A stretch of DNA of 64,000 nucleotides from Methanomicrobiaceae archaeon. Lineage in GTDB: Archaea > Halobacteriota > Methanomicrobia > Methanomicrobiales > Methanomicrobiaceae. The translations under genes and the position numbers were made by a program. Shown one piece after another: positions 9,568 through 17,332 of this stretch. The stretch is from positions 14,153-78,152 of the forward strand of contig JAFGNT010000016.1 of the NCBI GenBank assembly GCA_016926855.1, given 5' to 3'. Below the pieces are notes generated by a model, which saw only the letters and a list, made by a program, of their open reading frames with translations, had not been told where the DNA came from and searched no databases. Every line of letters starts with the position of its first letter. The first letter of the stretch is position 1.

Positions 9568-9879
9568 TCACGCTTCGGTCACGGCGTCGGGAAACAGCTT
9601 CTCGAGCACGTCATACTGGTTCCGACGTTCAAGCCATCTGATGACCTCATCAGCACACATCGGGACGATCGACGACGAGCCGCTTATTGAGGTTCCGACC
9701 AGTTCCGTGTATGGCGACGCCGGGCCTCCCTCTCCGTGAAGGAACCAGTTCCCTTTTTTTGTCCGGTATAACGTCTCTTCGAAATACGCGAAATCTCCCC
9801 GATTGTGGCTGCTCGAGTATTCGGCGATCTGTTCTGCTGTTCTGGTGTCGTAGATTTTTCTGTCGATAATGACTCTCAT
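9568..9879 (-). CDS. hypothetical protein (element)
   Basis: 103-aa ORF MRVIIDRKIYDTRTAEQIAEY...KKGNWFLHGEGGPASPY. Codon usage looks coding. I recognise no domain. Confidence 0.55.
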   Translation of the reverse strand: MRVIIDRKIYDTRTAEQIAEYSSSHNRGDFAYFEETLYRTKKGNWFLHGEGGPASPYTELVGTSISGSSSIVPMCADEVIRWLERRNQYDVLEKLFPDAVTEA

Positions 9880-9894
9880 TTTTTCAGACTCCCA

Positions 9895-9908
9895 CCCCCA
9901 TATGGGGG
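9895..9908. repeat. perfect 14-nt palindrome CCCCCATATGGGGG followed by a 7-bp stem hairpin
   Basis: Read directly. The hairpin CGGGAGG-N7-CCTCCCG follows at about 9914-9934. Both lie in the 72-nt spacer between ORFs 9952.. and ..9879. Confidence 0.85.
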
Positions 9909-9951
9909 CATGCCGCCGGGAGGGTTTGCACCTCCCGCCCGCGTTGAACGG

Positions 9952-10152
9952 TCAGCGGCGACGGGGTTGTTCTTCGCCGTCCGGATCGCCGAATCGCAGC
10001 CGGGCGCATGCCGTACAGAACCCACCATGCCGCCGGTATTCTTCCAGGGTGAGCGGATACCCGCACTCCTTGCACGTGCAGGGCAGTGAAAAAACGATCA
10101 CGCCCTCACCCTCCAAAATTCCGGGGAAGTCCGGCCCGGAGCCCGGTATCAT
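9952..10152 (-). CDS. small zinc-ribbon protein (element)
   Basis: The C-terminal part reads VIVFSLPCTCKECGYPLTLEEYRRHGGFCTACARL (CxC..C...CxxC). The start is uncertain (10152, 10170 or 10200). It overlaps the 3' end of the upstream ORF in another frame. Confidence 0.45.
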   Translation of the reverse strand: MIPGSGPDFPGILEGEGVIVFSLPCTCKECGYPLTLEEYRRHGGFCTACARLRFGDPDGEEQPRRR

Positions 10153-10480
10153 GTAGGGGCCGGTGTGCATGGTCCGAGAGGGGAACGTCCAGGACAGCAC
10201 CCTCGAGCAGTTTTTTTATGCCCGCTGCCGGTGCGAAGTAACCCCCGCGATCGACAGAAAACAAGACCACACCGCCGGCGCCATACAACCGGCACTCTCC
10301 GCACCCTCGCACAATCTCACAGTCGCCTTCCGGGTGCGGTTCAATCCTCCTGAGGGGGACCTCTTCGCCTGCCAGCACCTTTTTGAGCATCCGGGTCGGC
10401 ATGAGGATCGGGGCGGTGCCGTCGATCAGGACGTGCACAGCCGATCCGAGTTTGATAATTTTCCCACAGTTTCCTAACAT
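10106..10480 (-). CDS. hypothetical protein (element)
   Basis: The ORF 10106..10711 is trimmed to the ATG at 10480 (MLGNCGKIIKLGSAVHVLIDG...), just downstream of a TATA-like box. The longer N-terminal extension would run through the divergent promoter. The last ~30 codons overlap the next ORF, so a frameshift cannot be excluded. Confidence 0.45.
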   Translation of the reverse strand: MLGNCGKIIKLGSAVHVLIDGTAPILMPTRMLKKVLAGEEVPLRRIEPHPEGDCEIVRGCGECRLYGAGGVVLFSVDRGGYFAPAAGIKKLLEGAVLDVPLSDHAHRPLHDTGLRAGLPRNFGG

Positions 10481-10503
10481 TTCTCTCTCTCCTGTTGCTA
10501 TAT

Positions 10504-10566
10504 TGTTGCTACAAAATAGCAATTGGAGTGAACCAATATATAGTTTGCTGCCACAATGTAGCAACA
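10504..10566. promoter_or_regulatory. divergent promoter/operator region with inverted repeats
   Basis: A 9-nt inverted repeat has arms TGTTGCTAC (10504-10512) and GTAGCAACA (10558-10566). An inner palindrome TTGCTA-N5-TAGCAA lies at 10506-10522. TATA-like AATATATA lies at 10535-10542 for the + gene, and CAATATAG reads on the minus strand near 10498-10505. Confidence 0.5.
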
Positions 10567-10724
10567 TGAAACCGTATACGGTGACAATCGAGGCATACGG
10601 GACGGCTGAGAAGGTGGTCGCAAACGGCGGGAACTCCGGACGGGTGTTCTTGCCGAAGGCATGGGTCGGCCGGCAGGTGAAGGTTCTCCTCCTGGAAGAC
10701 ATCGAACACAACCCCCACCTTTAA
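10566..10724 (+). CDS. AbrB/SpoVT-like small DNA-binding protein (DUF2080-like)
   Basis: 52 aa, MKPYTVTIEAYGTAEKVVANGGNSGRVFLPKAWVGRQVKVLLLEDIEHNPHL. The GNSGR-V/I-x-LPK-x-W-x-G-x-x-V-K-V motif is as I recall for archaeal DUF2080 proteins. It is the internal ATG of track ORF 10383..10724. Confidence 0.6.
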   Translation: MKPYTVTIEAYGTAEKVVANGGNSGRVFLPKAWVGRQVKVLLLEDIEHNPHL

Positions 10725-10860
10725 CCACCGCCGCCGTGCATGTTTTCCGGGCACTTCGGCAAACCGCCGGAATGATTCACCGGCCGGGCCGGAGACTCGC
10801 TTAAAACGCCGCTGTGTGGCTCTGAGAGGATTGTTTATATACTCCGTTCTTTTTCCACAC

Positions 10861-10867
10861 AAAAAAA
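10861..10867 (-). terminator. oligo-T terminator after ORF 10919..11416
   Basis: The minus strand reads T7 about 50 nt downstream of the stop at 10919. It marks the end of the long co-directional element operon. Confidence 0.4.
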
Positions 10868-10918
10868 GTGTTTTCCCAGGGAGTGGCTCACCCCATTCGG
10901 GGATCATTGCCCGCCTGC

Positions 10919-11416
10919 TCATTCGGTGAAGCGGGGATTACCGGATACAAAACACCGCACCGTGTGCACCCGTCCGCATGTGCAGGACACCCTCCCCGGT
11001 ATTTCACACGCCGTGAACGTGCCCGGCAACCCACCGATATACAACGGCTCGCCGGAAACGAGACGGGCCGCGGCCGCACTCACACGGACTGCCAGGCTGT
11101 CAACCGCCTTCGGTGAAAGTTCGCCGCCGTCTGGACATGTGAGCTGCTGCACCGGAACACCGTCCAGAAACACCACGGCCTGACCGTTTGCCTGTATCGC
11201 CGCCATGCGTTCCCGTGCAGCCAGCCGCGCCGCTTCCTCCTGTATCTCCCGTCGCCGTGCTTCGGCCGCTGCTTTTTCCTTTTCCTGCCGGGCCTGTTCA
11301 CGTGCTTCCTTCCTCAAAAGTTCGTCGGTGGATATGCCAAGTTCCTTATACAGAAGCTCAATCCGCTCGGATTCGCTTAATAAGCGACTGTCCCTAATTT
11401 TCAGTGTGGCTGTCAT
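10919..11416 (-). CDS. hypothetical protein with charged coiled-coil N-terminus (element)
   Basis: 165 aa. A Glu/Arg/Ala-rich helix (KEAREQARQEKEKAAAEARRREIQEEAARLAARE) is followed by a Cys-containing C-terminal domain. Confidence 0.55.
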   Translation of the reverse strand: MTATLKIRDSRLLSESERIELLYKELGISTDELLRKEAREQARQEKEKAAAEARRREIQEEAARLAARERMAAIQANGQAVVFLDGVPVQQLTCPDGGELSPKAVDSLAVRVSAAAARLVSGEPLYIGGLPGTFTACEIPGRVSCTCGRVHTVRCFVSGNPRFTE

Positions 11417-11422
11417 GTTTTT

Positions 11423-11740
11423 TCACTCCATGAAATGAATGCCGTATTTCCGTTCAAATGCCTTTTGCCGGGCGATTTTCGCCGTTTCGTCACTCTGCTG
11501 CTGCCGGGCGGATAAAACGCGGTCCGCCTCGATACCGGCGATCTGGGTTTTGAGAAGAGCGTGTTTTGTCCTCTCCTGCTGCAGCGTTGCTTCGAGGAGT
11601 CGCCGCCGGATGTCGCCGGAATCCACCGCCGGCCCGACGGGGGAAGTGTTTTCGAATTGCTTTATCTGGCATGCGCTCCGCGGGCCAACTGGCATTTCGG
11701 GCCCGACAAAGTGTGAAATTGTGGGTTTCGATGGTGTCAT
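11423..11740 (-). CDS. hypothetical protein (element)
   Basis: 105-aa ORF. Its ATG overlaps the stop of the upstream micro-ORF (ATGA). Confidence 0.5.
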   Translation of the reverse strand: MTPSKPTISHFVGPEMPVGPRSACQIKQFENTSPVGPAVDSGDIRRRLLEATLQQERTKHALLKTQIAGIEADRVLSARQQQSDETAKIARQKAFERKYGIHFME

Positions 11741-11877
11741 AAGTTTTTATCCTCCTCGTCAAACCGAATCCGGCCAGGGCCAGGTTCGAAATCTTCCGGC
11801 TTGCAGAAAAATACCTTTAATCCGCTGTCCTCTTTCCGTTCAAGCGCCTTTAAGCGCGTTTCAATAGTTCGTGTCAT
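11737..11877 (-). CDS. micro-ORF, 46 aa (element; not in ORF track)
   Basis: My translation is MTRTIETRLKALERKEDSGLKVFFCKPEDFEPGPGRIRFDEEDKNL. The ATG overlaps the upstream stop (ATGA) and the stop overlaps the downstream ATG (ATGA). It exactly fills the gap between two listed ORFs. Confidence 0.45.
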   Translation of the reverse strand: MTRTIETRLKALERKEDSGLKVFFCKPEDFEPGPGRIRFDEEDKNL

Positions 11878-12158
11878 TGTTTTTCCTCCAGGGCGGCGAT
11901 TCGCCGGCTTAACTCGTCAATCTGTTCGTCTTTCAGCGTCGTATTCAGGGCCTGCGCCGTCGCTGACATTGCGCGGACGGCTGCCAGCCAGCCGGGATCG
12001 GATTCTTTCGTCTTGAACCGGGCCGCCGTTATGCGCCCGTGTAATTTTTTCAATACGTCGCTAAGCATGCGGGTAATTTCGTCCCGTTTTAAAGCCTCTC
12101 CGGGTTCCCTTTCGGTTTTAAACGTCCCGGCGGGCGTTCTGGTGCGTGGTTCGGTCAT
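11874..12158 (-). CDS. hypothetical protein (element)
   Basis: 94-aa ORF with a helical C-terminus (DEQIDELSRRIAALEEKQ). Confidence 0.5.
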   Translation of the reverse strand: MTEPRTRTPAGTFKTEREPGEALKRDEITRMLSDVLKKLHGRITAARFKTKESDPGWLAAVRAMSATAQALNTTLKDEQIDELSRRIAALEEKQ

Positions 12159-12237
12159 GCTGCCTCCGTTTTGGTTGTTCTGTTCTCGCTGCAGGGGACC
12201 GGCCGCGGTCGTGGCCAGGGGGGGATACCGTGCGAGG

Positions 12238-12456
12238 TCATGGTGTTCTCCGTCGGATCTCCGGGGCCGGGCCTCGTACCGATTTCGGCCGGTGTGGGTG
12301 AGCCTGGCTGTCGAACCCGATCAGCGACACGCACCGGCATTTTCGGCACATGATGATTTCACCAGGCGCGCGGACCTGCTTCCATTGCGCACCGCATCGG
12401 CCACATGTAAACTCGATCCGCTGCTCGTCGTTGTCGATGTCGTTGTCGTCGCTCAT
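12238..12456 (-). CDS. small zinc-ribbon protein (element)
   Basis: Trimmed to the ATG at 12456, which forms an ATGA overlap with the upstream stop. The sequence reads MSDDNDIDNDEQRIEFTCGRCGAQWKQVRAPGEIIMCRKCRC, with CxxC...CxxC. Confidence 0.5.
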   Translation of the reverse strand: MSDDNDIDNDEQRIEFTCGRCGAQWKQVRAPGEIIMCRKCRCVSLIGFDSQAHPHRPKSVRGPAPEIRRRTP

Positions 12457-13058
12457 GTCCGCACCTCCGGGCCGATTGTCCACGTCACCCCGACGGCATC
12501 CAGTACAACCCGTGGTTTCACTGCTTCCGCCGGCCATCGGTCGGGGCCGTCATAGTCTTTGAGCCAATACACATCCGTCTCCCAGTGCGTGCCTCGCGGA
12601 CCGGGCCCCCGGTCCTCGCGCCGGTGGAAGACAACCGCGATGATTGACTTCTGGTTTGCGAACAGGTGCCGTTTCGGGTTGAATTGCCCGGGGCCGCCCG
12701 GTGAGTAGACTCCACGATGACGCCGGACGTAGGGGAGCTGCATGAGTTCGGCAGGGTTAATGAAGAGCTGTTTTTCTTTCGGGTGCCGTTTCGGTTTCCG
12801 CATGGCGTCCCGTGCCTGCCGGTAGAGTCCCGCCGATCGTGGGTGCCCGAGTGCATCGTGCAGGCGGGTGAGTCCTTGGAGTGCCTGCCGTCGGACGGTA
12901 TCGCCTCGGGCGCACTCGAGCGCGTGCTCGTAGAGTTTGAGTGACTTCTCCAGGTCACGGACGGCCATCCGGCCCCGCTCATGGAGCCGGGCAAAAAACA
13001 GGCACCCGTGAGGGTTGTCCTGCAGGTTCGCGGGGATTGTGCTGGTCATGCTGGTCAT
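12453..13058 (-). CDS. hypothetical protein (element)
   Basis: Trimmed to the ATG at 13058 (MTSMTSTIPANL...), 2 nt after the upstream stop at 13060. I recognise no domain. Confidence 0.5.
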   Translation of the reverse strand: MTSMTSTIPANLQDNPHGCLFFARLHERGRMAVRDLEKSLKLYEHALECARGDTVRRQALQGLTRLHDALGHPRSAGLYRQARDAMRKPKRHPKEKQLFINPAELMQLPYVRRHRGVYSPGGPGQFNPKRHLFANQKSIIAVVFHRREDRGPGPRGTHWETDVYWLKDYDGPDRWPAEAVKPRVVLDAVGVTWTIGPEVRT

Positions 13059-13059
13059 A

Positions 13060-14067
13060 TCACACCTCCTCCAGAGAGACGCCGCCGAATTTGGTACTAG
13101 TACCAAATTGGATTGCCATGTTGTCGAGCGTCTCCCGTTCCAACGCCTCGATTTGTTGTGTCCGCCGTAGAATGTCGGGGTCAATATGGCACTCGATGCA
13201 CATACTCACAAGTTCCCGGAGCACGGGAGGGGGGATGGCGTCAAGTTCCGTGCTCCCCCCCACCCAGGCTTTCGCCCGGTGGTCGTGTTTGTTCCGCTTC
13301 GTCGGCCGTTCCGGTAACCCGAGCCTCTCGATCTGCTCGCGGTTCACGGCCACAACGTCGAGGGTGAAACGCCGCGCTCCCATCTTCGTGAGTTCGTCGC
13401 TGATATGTCGCGGGATGTCCGCACCGGCGGGGTCGTGGTCTCCGAAATAATAGATATACGTCCATTTTTCACGGCTTTTGATTGACTCTGCAGCAGCGTG
13501 AATGAACGACATGGAAGGATACCCTTTACATGGAAAGATGCCGACATCGTACTCTTCCGTGATCGGATCGATGACGCCGATCAGCGCCTCCTTCTCGATC
13601 CAAATTTCCACTTCATCGCGCTGATCGTTCCACAAAGAGCGCCGGTATGTTCGTCTGGTTTCGTCGAGTGCCGCCTGCAGACCCGTATGTGTTTTGGGTT
13701 TCCGAATCCACCGCGTCAAGTCCGCGATGAAACTATAGGGGATAGCCTCCTCCTTTCGCATGTTCCCCAGGTGGTTTGCTGTTTGCCGATACCCCTGCTC
13801 CGTTTTTGGGACAATTCCCCGGGTTTCGAGCTGGTAGAACATTTGTCGGACGGTCATGGGAGTATCGCACTCATCAAAGGATCTGAGAATCCCGACCCAA
13901 ACCCGCGCTGTATCGTCTCGGAGCGGTTTCCGGCCTGCTGCGGCTTTTCCCCGGTTGAAAAAATCGATTATCCCATCATCCGAAATGCTACAGACCGGGA
14001 CGTCACCGATCTTTATATGCGATTCCGGCGTGCATGGGATGATCGGGCCGGCATCGTTTCCGTTCAT
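13060..14067 (-). CDS. Spo11/Topoisomerase VI subunit A-like protein (winged-helix 5Y-CAP + Toprim; Mini-A-type)
   Basis: 335 aa. TVRQMFYQL resembles the R-x-x-[FY]-Y catalytic-Tyr helix. IWIEKEALIGVI supplies the Toprim glutamate. YYFGDHDPAGADI supplies the Toprim DxD followed by P-x-G, as in Top6A/Spo11. No Top6B-like gene is present in the element. Confidence 0.65.
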   Translation of the reverse strand: MNGNDAGPIIPCTPESHIKIGDVPVCSISDDGIIDFFNRGKAAAGRKPLRDDTARVWVGILRSFDECDTPMTVRQMFYQLETRGIVPKTEQGYRQTANHLGNMRKEEAIPYSFIADLTRWIRKPKTHTGLQAALDETRRTYRRSLWNDQRDEVEIWIEKEALIGVIDPITEEYDVGIFPCKGYPSMSFIHAAAESIKSREKWTYIYYFGDHDPAGADIPRHISDELTKMGARRFTLDVVAVNREQIERLGLPERPTKRNKHDHRAKAWVGGSTELDAIPPPVLRELVSMCIECHIDPDILRRTQQIEALERETLDNMAIQFGTSTKFGGVSLEEV

Positions 14068-14122
14068 GCCAGCACCCCCCCGAAGTCGCCGCGGTTAATG
14101 CACAGTGATGATATTTCCCGCA

Positions 14123-17014
14123 TTATTTACCGCCTCCGTGTATACCGGGTGAGGGTGTAGAGGGTGGGGGGGTGCTTTCATCCACTCTAGGTAAATTTAC
14201 ACATTTGTGTTTCTCACACGGAGTAGAGTAATTTCCCTCACCACCCTCTACACCCTCACCACTTTCTGTTAGATCTGCCTGCCGGGTCTGTCGTCCCCCC
14301 TCTTTGATCAGCCATGCGACACTGCCGCCGTGTGCCCGCGTCATCGCTTTTTTGAGAAGGAGCCCGCAGGGGTAAACCACATCGCGAGCCTTTGCAAACG
14401 ATTTCCCGATCCTGGTCCGGAAAGCGTGCCCGGACTTCTCGCGGGCTTCGGCGAGTTCGTCGGGGAGCGAGTCTGTGAGAGGTCGCTCCCCACCGCTGAT
14501 GGTTTCGGCGTTGAGGTGGTCGATAAAGTCCGACACCGTGAACGAGCTCTTAAACTCACCGCGTAGTGCCTGCAGGAAAGCGCTCCACTGTTCGCCCGAT
14601 GCGTCGGCTGATGCGTATAGCCCCTGCTGGTTTGCCATGAACCCCTTGATGCCCGCGTAATCCAGCACACCACTCACAACGTCTATCCACTCTTCAAACC
14701 CCCCGAGTTTGGGTTTTGTCCGTGGTGCAGGCCTGCCGGCGATTATCCAGGCTCGCACCAGAACATACACCGAGGACAGGAGACGGGCCCGGTTATCAAT
14801 CACCCACGTCCGCAGCGGGTAGTGCAGGAACCCGTTTGTGTCACGTTCACCGGGCCGGGCCATCTTCGCGTCAATGCGTGAGTAGAAGCACCTTTGTGCC
14901 ATATCTGGTGAGAGCTGGACGTTGTTCCCGTTAATGAGCCAGAATATCCGGTTCTCAAAAACCACGCTCTTGTTTACTCCCATCCACCGGTCCTTCCACG
15001 CCGACGCCGTTATCACCGCCGCGAGGTTTGAGGTCTTCAGCCCCTGGTCGATGTTGTCCATCAAGATGATGGTTGTCCCCACCGCAAGCTCAGTTGTGAT
15101 GAATTTCCGGAACTCCTCATCACTCGCGGCCTTTGTTTTAATCGGCGGCGGCGACCCCGTGAGGACACGGTATATGACCTCCTGGAGGAGACTCGCCCCG
15201 GTCCGTGGCTGCGGTTTATCGCACAGGTAGGCCGGCACGTTCCCGGAAATAATCGGCCGGGCGACATGAGTAACCAGGGCCGCGATTGCATTGCCCCTGT
15301 CAGCGTGCCGGGCATCGCCGAACGTGTCGGGATCGCTCTCACCGAGGAAGGGGAAATCGTGCAGGAGTTCATCCAGCAGCCGGACGGCCTGATCCACATC
15401 CTCTTTCCCGATAACCTCCGGAACAGTGAACCCGTCGAGGTCCGGGGTAGGGTTGTAAATCAACTCCGTCGCCGCGTCGTAACCCGGATCGGTTACGATC
15501 GTGCCGTCATCCCGGACAATCGGGACATCCACCACACCGATTACCGCCGGCAACCTCCATGTGTGCGGACTCGAGCTGAGCACATCATCGAGAACATGTG
15601 CCGGCGGTGGACAAGGGATCTCTTCAACGCTCCCGTCCCGGAGTTCCCGGCTTTTTACCCATTCGCACGTTCGCATGAGAACGCCCCGGAGCATTTCACG
15701 GGTCACGGGAGCGAGGTTCACACGTCGGCGTTTCTCGTCGAAGTGCAAGGCGACCATTTCACCGGATCGGGCGAACACGTGCGGATCGGACTCGTTGGCC
15801 TTCCGGATCGATTCAAGGGCCTGTTCGGTAAGATCCGGTATCGAACCGCTCACGTAGATCGTCGGGTTTCCCGCACCACTCACATTATTTCCGGCTGTTG
15901 GTGGTGCGCTGCCACTCCTCGCCACGGGCGCAGCTGGTGCATGCTTTTCCCGGCCGGGGTCGTAAATCGCCCGGAGATCGCTCCACCCCATCCCCTGGCA
16001 GGAAGCGTGATGGCATCCCGCAGCAATCGCACCGTTTCCAAATTGAATGGCAAAAGCGCCGTCATTATGCGCCGACGAGAACGGACACCGTTCAAGCTTG
16101 AACAGCGTCCCGCCTTCGTATGGCCGGTCTGACTGCACACCGATACCATGATCGTGAAGCCATGCGCGAAGGTCGATTGACCCGCCGCCTGCCGCTCGAG
16201 TGGGTGCAGCGGGCGGTTTTGGCGCGAGTCCGGCGAGCCATTCCAGCCGCTCGACGGGCACCTGCTGCACCTCGTCCGGCACCCCAAGGATCTTCGCACG
16301 ACGGTGCGGGCGGTCCGGTACATCGTCGCCCTTGCGGGCCGTTGTGCCGTAAAGTTTCCATATCCGGGCGGCGTTGAAATTCGTGGTATCGACCGATACC
16401 GCTTCACCGGAGAAGATGACGTCGAGGGTCGTGAGGCAGCTCTTGATAAGCGCCGTTGCCGCTTCGTCGTTTGCGATGTCGATTGCGTAGAGCAGGTGCG
16501 CTCCGTTCCCGGAATCGGCCATTATAGGCAGCGGGAATCCGTTGTCGGTGAGCCATTCGCCGATTTGTGCGGCCTTCTCGATCGCGCCGGCGTGCTCCTC
16601 GTCACTCGAGGAGATACCGGACGGCCTGACTGCGTCAAGATCGATTGGTAGCCATCGCCGCTGGATAATATCAGCATCGCCGGTCAGGGAGTCTCTTCCG
16701 GCCGGGAGGATTCGTCCTTTCCGTCGGGCGAGAAGCGCCGGAATAACGGGATTTATCGTTACATAAACGCCCTTCGTTGAACCGAGACTGTCCGCAAGCA
16801 GGGCCTCACCGGCGATGTCGTCTTCACCACCGAAATATCCATAGTTTGTCGGGCCGTTTTGCGTAAGGACCCGCACTTCGACAACATCGCCCGGCCCAAA
16901 GAGCAGATTCCGGACCTTCTGGATCTCGTCACGCCGCGTCCCCTCAATCGGTGCGGGGGCGTGCGTGATCTTCCATCCGGCAGCCGTCGCCTCGTTTGTC
17001 ACGGTGTCGGTCAT
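14123..17014 (-). CDS. AEP-family primase-polymerase fused to a large C-terminal domain (replication protein of the element)
   Basis: Trimmed to the ATG at 17014 (ATGA overlap with the upstream stop). AEP motifs are present: LPIDLDAV (DxD), ADSGNGAHLLY (sGxGxH) and VDTTNFNAARIWKLYGT. A Zn motif CPFSSAH...CHHASC follows. The C-terminal ~550 aa has an SF3-helicase-like layout (IILMDNID, LINGNN), but I find no canonical GxxxxGK[ST]. Confidence 0.75.
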   Translation of the reverse strand: MTDTVTNEATAAGWKITHAPAPIEGTRRDEIQKVRNLLFGPGDVVEVRVLTQNGPTNYGYFGGEDDIAGEALLADSLGSTKGVYVTINPVIPALLARRKGRILPAGRDSLTGDADIIQRRWLPIDLDAVRPSGISSSDEEHAGAIEKAAQIGEWLTDNGFPLPIMADSGNGAHLLYAIDIANDEAATALIKSCLTTLDVIFSGEAVSVDTTNFNAARIWKLYGTTARKGDDVPDRPHRRAKILGVPDEVQQVPVERLEWLAGLAPKPPAAPTRAAGGGSIDLRAWLHDHGIGVQSDRPYEGGTLFKLERCPFSSAHNDGAFAIQFGNGAIAAGCHHASCQGMGWSDLRAIYDPGREKHAPAAPVARSGSAPPTAGNNVSGAGNPTIYVSGSIPDLTEQALESIRKANESDPHVFARSGEMVALHFDEKRRRVNLAPVTREMLRGVLMRTCEWVKSRELRDGSVEEIPCPPPAHVLDDVLSSSPHTWRLPAVIGVVDVPIVRDDGTIVTDPGYDAATELIYNPTPDLDGFTVPEVIGKEDVDQAVRLLDELLHDFPFLGESDPDTFGDARHADRGNAIAALVTHVARPIISGNVPAYLCDKPQPRTGASLLQEVIYRVLTGSPPPIKTKAASDEEFRKFITTELAVGTTIILMDNIDQGLKTSNLAAVITASAWKDRWMGVNKSVVFENRIFWLINGNNVQLSPDMAQRCFYSRIDAKMARPGERDTNGFLHYPLRTWVIDNRARLLSSVYVLVRAWIIAGRPAPRTKPKLGGFEEWIDVVSGVLDYAGIKGFMANQQGLYASADASGEQWSAFLQALRGEFKSSFTVSDFIDHLNAETISGGERPLTDSLPDELAEAREKSGHAFRTRIGKSFAKARDVVYPCGLLLKKAMTRAHGGSVAWLIKEGGRQTRQADLTESGEGVEGGEGNYSTPCEKHKCVNLPRVDESTPPPSTPSPGIHGGGK

Positions 17015-17136
17015 TCGGGGACCTCGTCGAGATATAACCTCCGGATTGCGGACCGCTGCTGATCGGTGAGTTTTCCAAGGTCCCAACCGTTCGCCTCGAG
17101 CACCATGATCGCGCCGCCTCGCGTCCGTGGAACCAT
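17011..17136 (-). CDS. micro-ORF upstream of primase (element)
   Basis: It ends ...MVLEANGWDLGKLTDQQRSAIRRLYLDEVPE, and its stop overlaps the primase ATG (ATGA). The start is uncertain: ATG at 17136, or GTG at 17175 overlapping the previous stop. Confidence 0.35.
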   Translation of the reverse strand: MVPRTRGGAIMVLEANGWDLGKLTDQQRSAIRRLYLDEVPE

Positions 17137-17167
17137 CGTCGCGCCACATGTACGGGTTTTCCCGGAA

Positions 17168-17332
17168 TCAGGCACTTTCCACACGCTCCGGAGGGTAATC
17201 TTCAATCGTCCAGATACCGGCCTCAACCATTATCTCACCGATCCCGATGAGGGCGGGCGTGGCCTTCTCGAACGCCTCAATCGCCTCAAGGGTGACAATG
17301 CGTGGGTTTTCGCACGTGGCGATCGGGGTCAT
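17168..17332 (-). CDS. micro-ORF, 54 aa (element; not in ORF track)
   Basis: My translation is MTPIATCENPRIVTLEAIEAFEKATPALIGIGEIMVEAGIWTIEDYPPERVESA. The ATG overlaps the RHH gene stop (ATGA). Confidence 0.4.
   Translation of the reverse strand: MTPIATCENPRIVTLEAIEAFEKATPALIGIGEIMVEAGIWTIEDYPPERVESA

Noticed and set aside
10509-10922. 137-aa minus-strand ORF spanning the DUF2080-like gene region
   Set aside because: It is antisense to the motif-bearing 52-aa gene and runs through the divergent promoter and a T7 terminator. Its sequence is not protein-like.
12518-12994. 158-aa alternative-frame ORF
   Set aside because: It lies on the same strand as, but out of frame with, ORF 12453..13058. 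That ORF fits the ATGA-coupled gene chain, whereas this one is Ser/Arg/Gly-rich.
16900-17149. Primase start at the 17149 ATG (1008-aa version)
   Set aside because: The first 45 codons are Arg-rich and overlap the upstream micro-ORF. The ATG at 17014 forms the same ATGA coupling seen throughout the operon.
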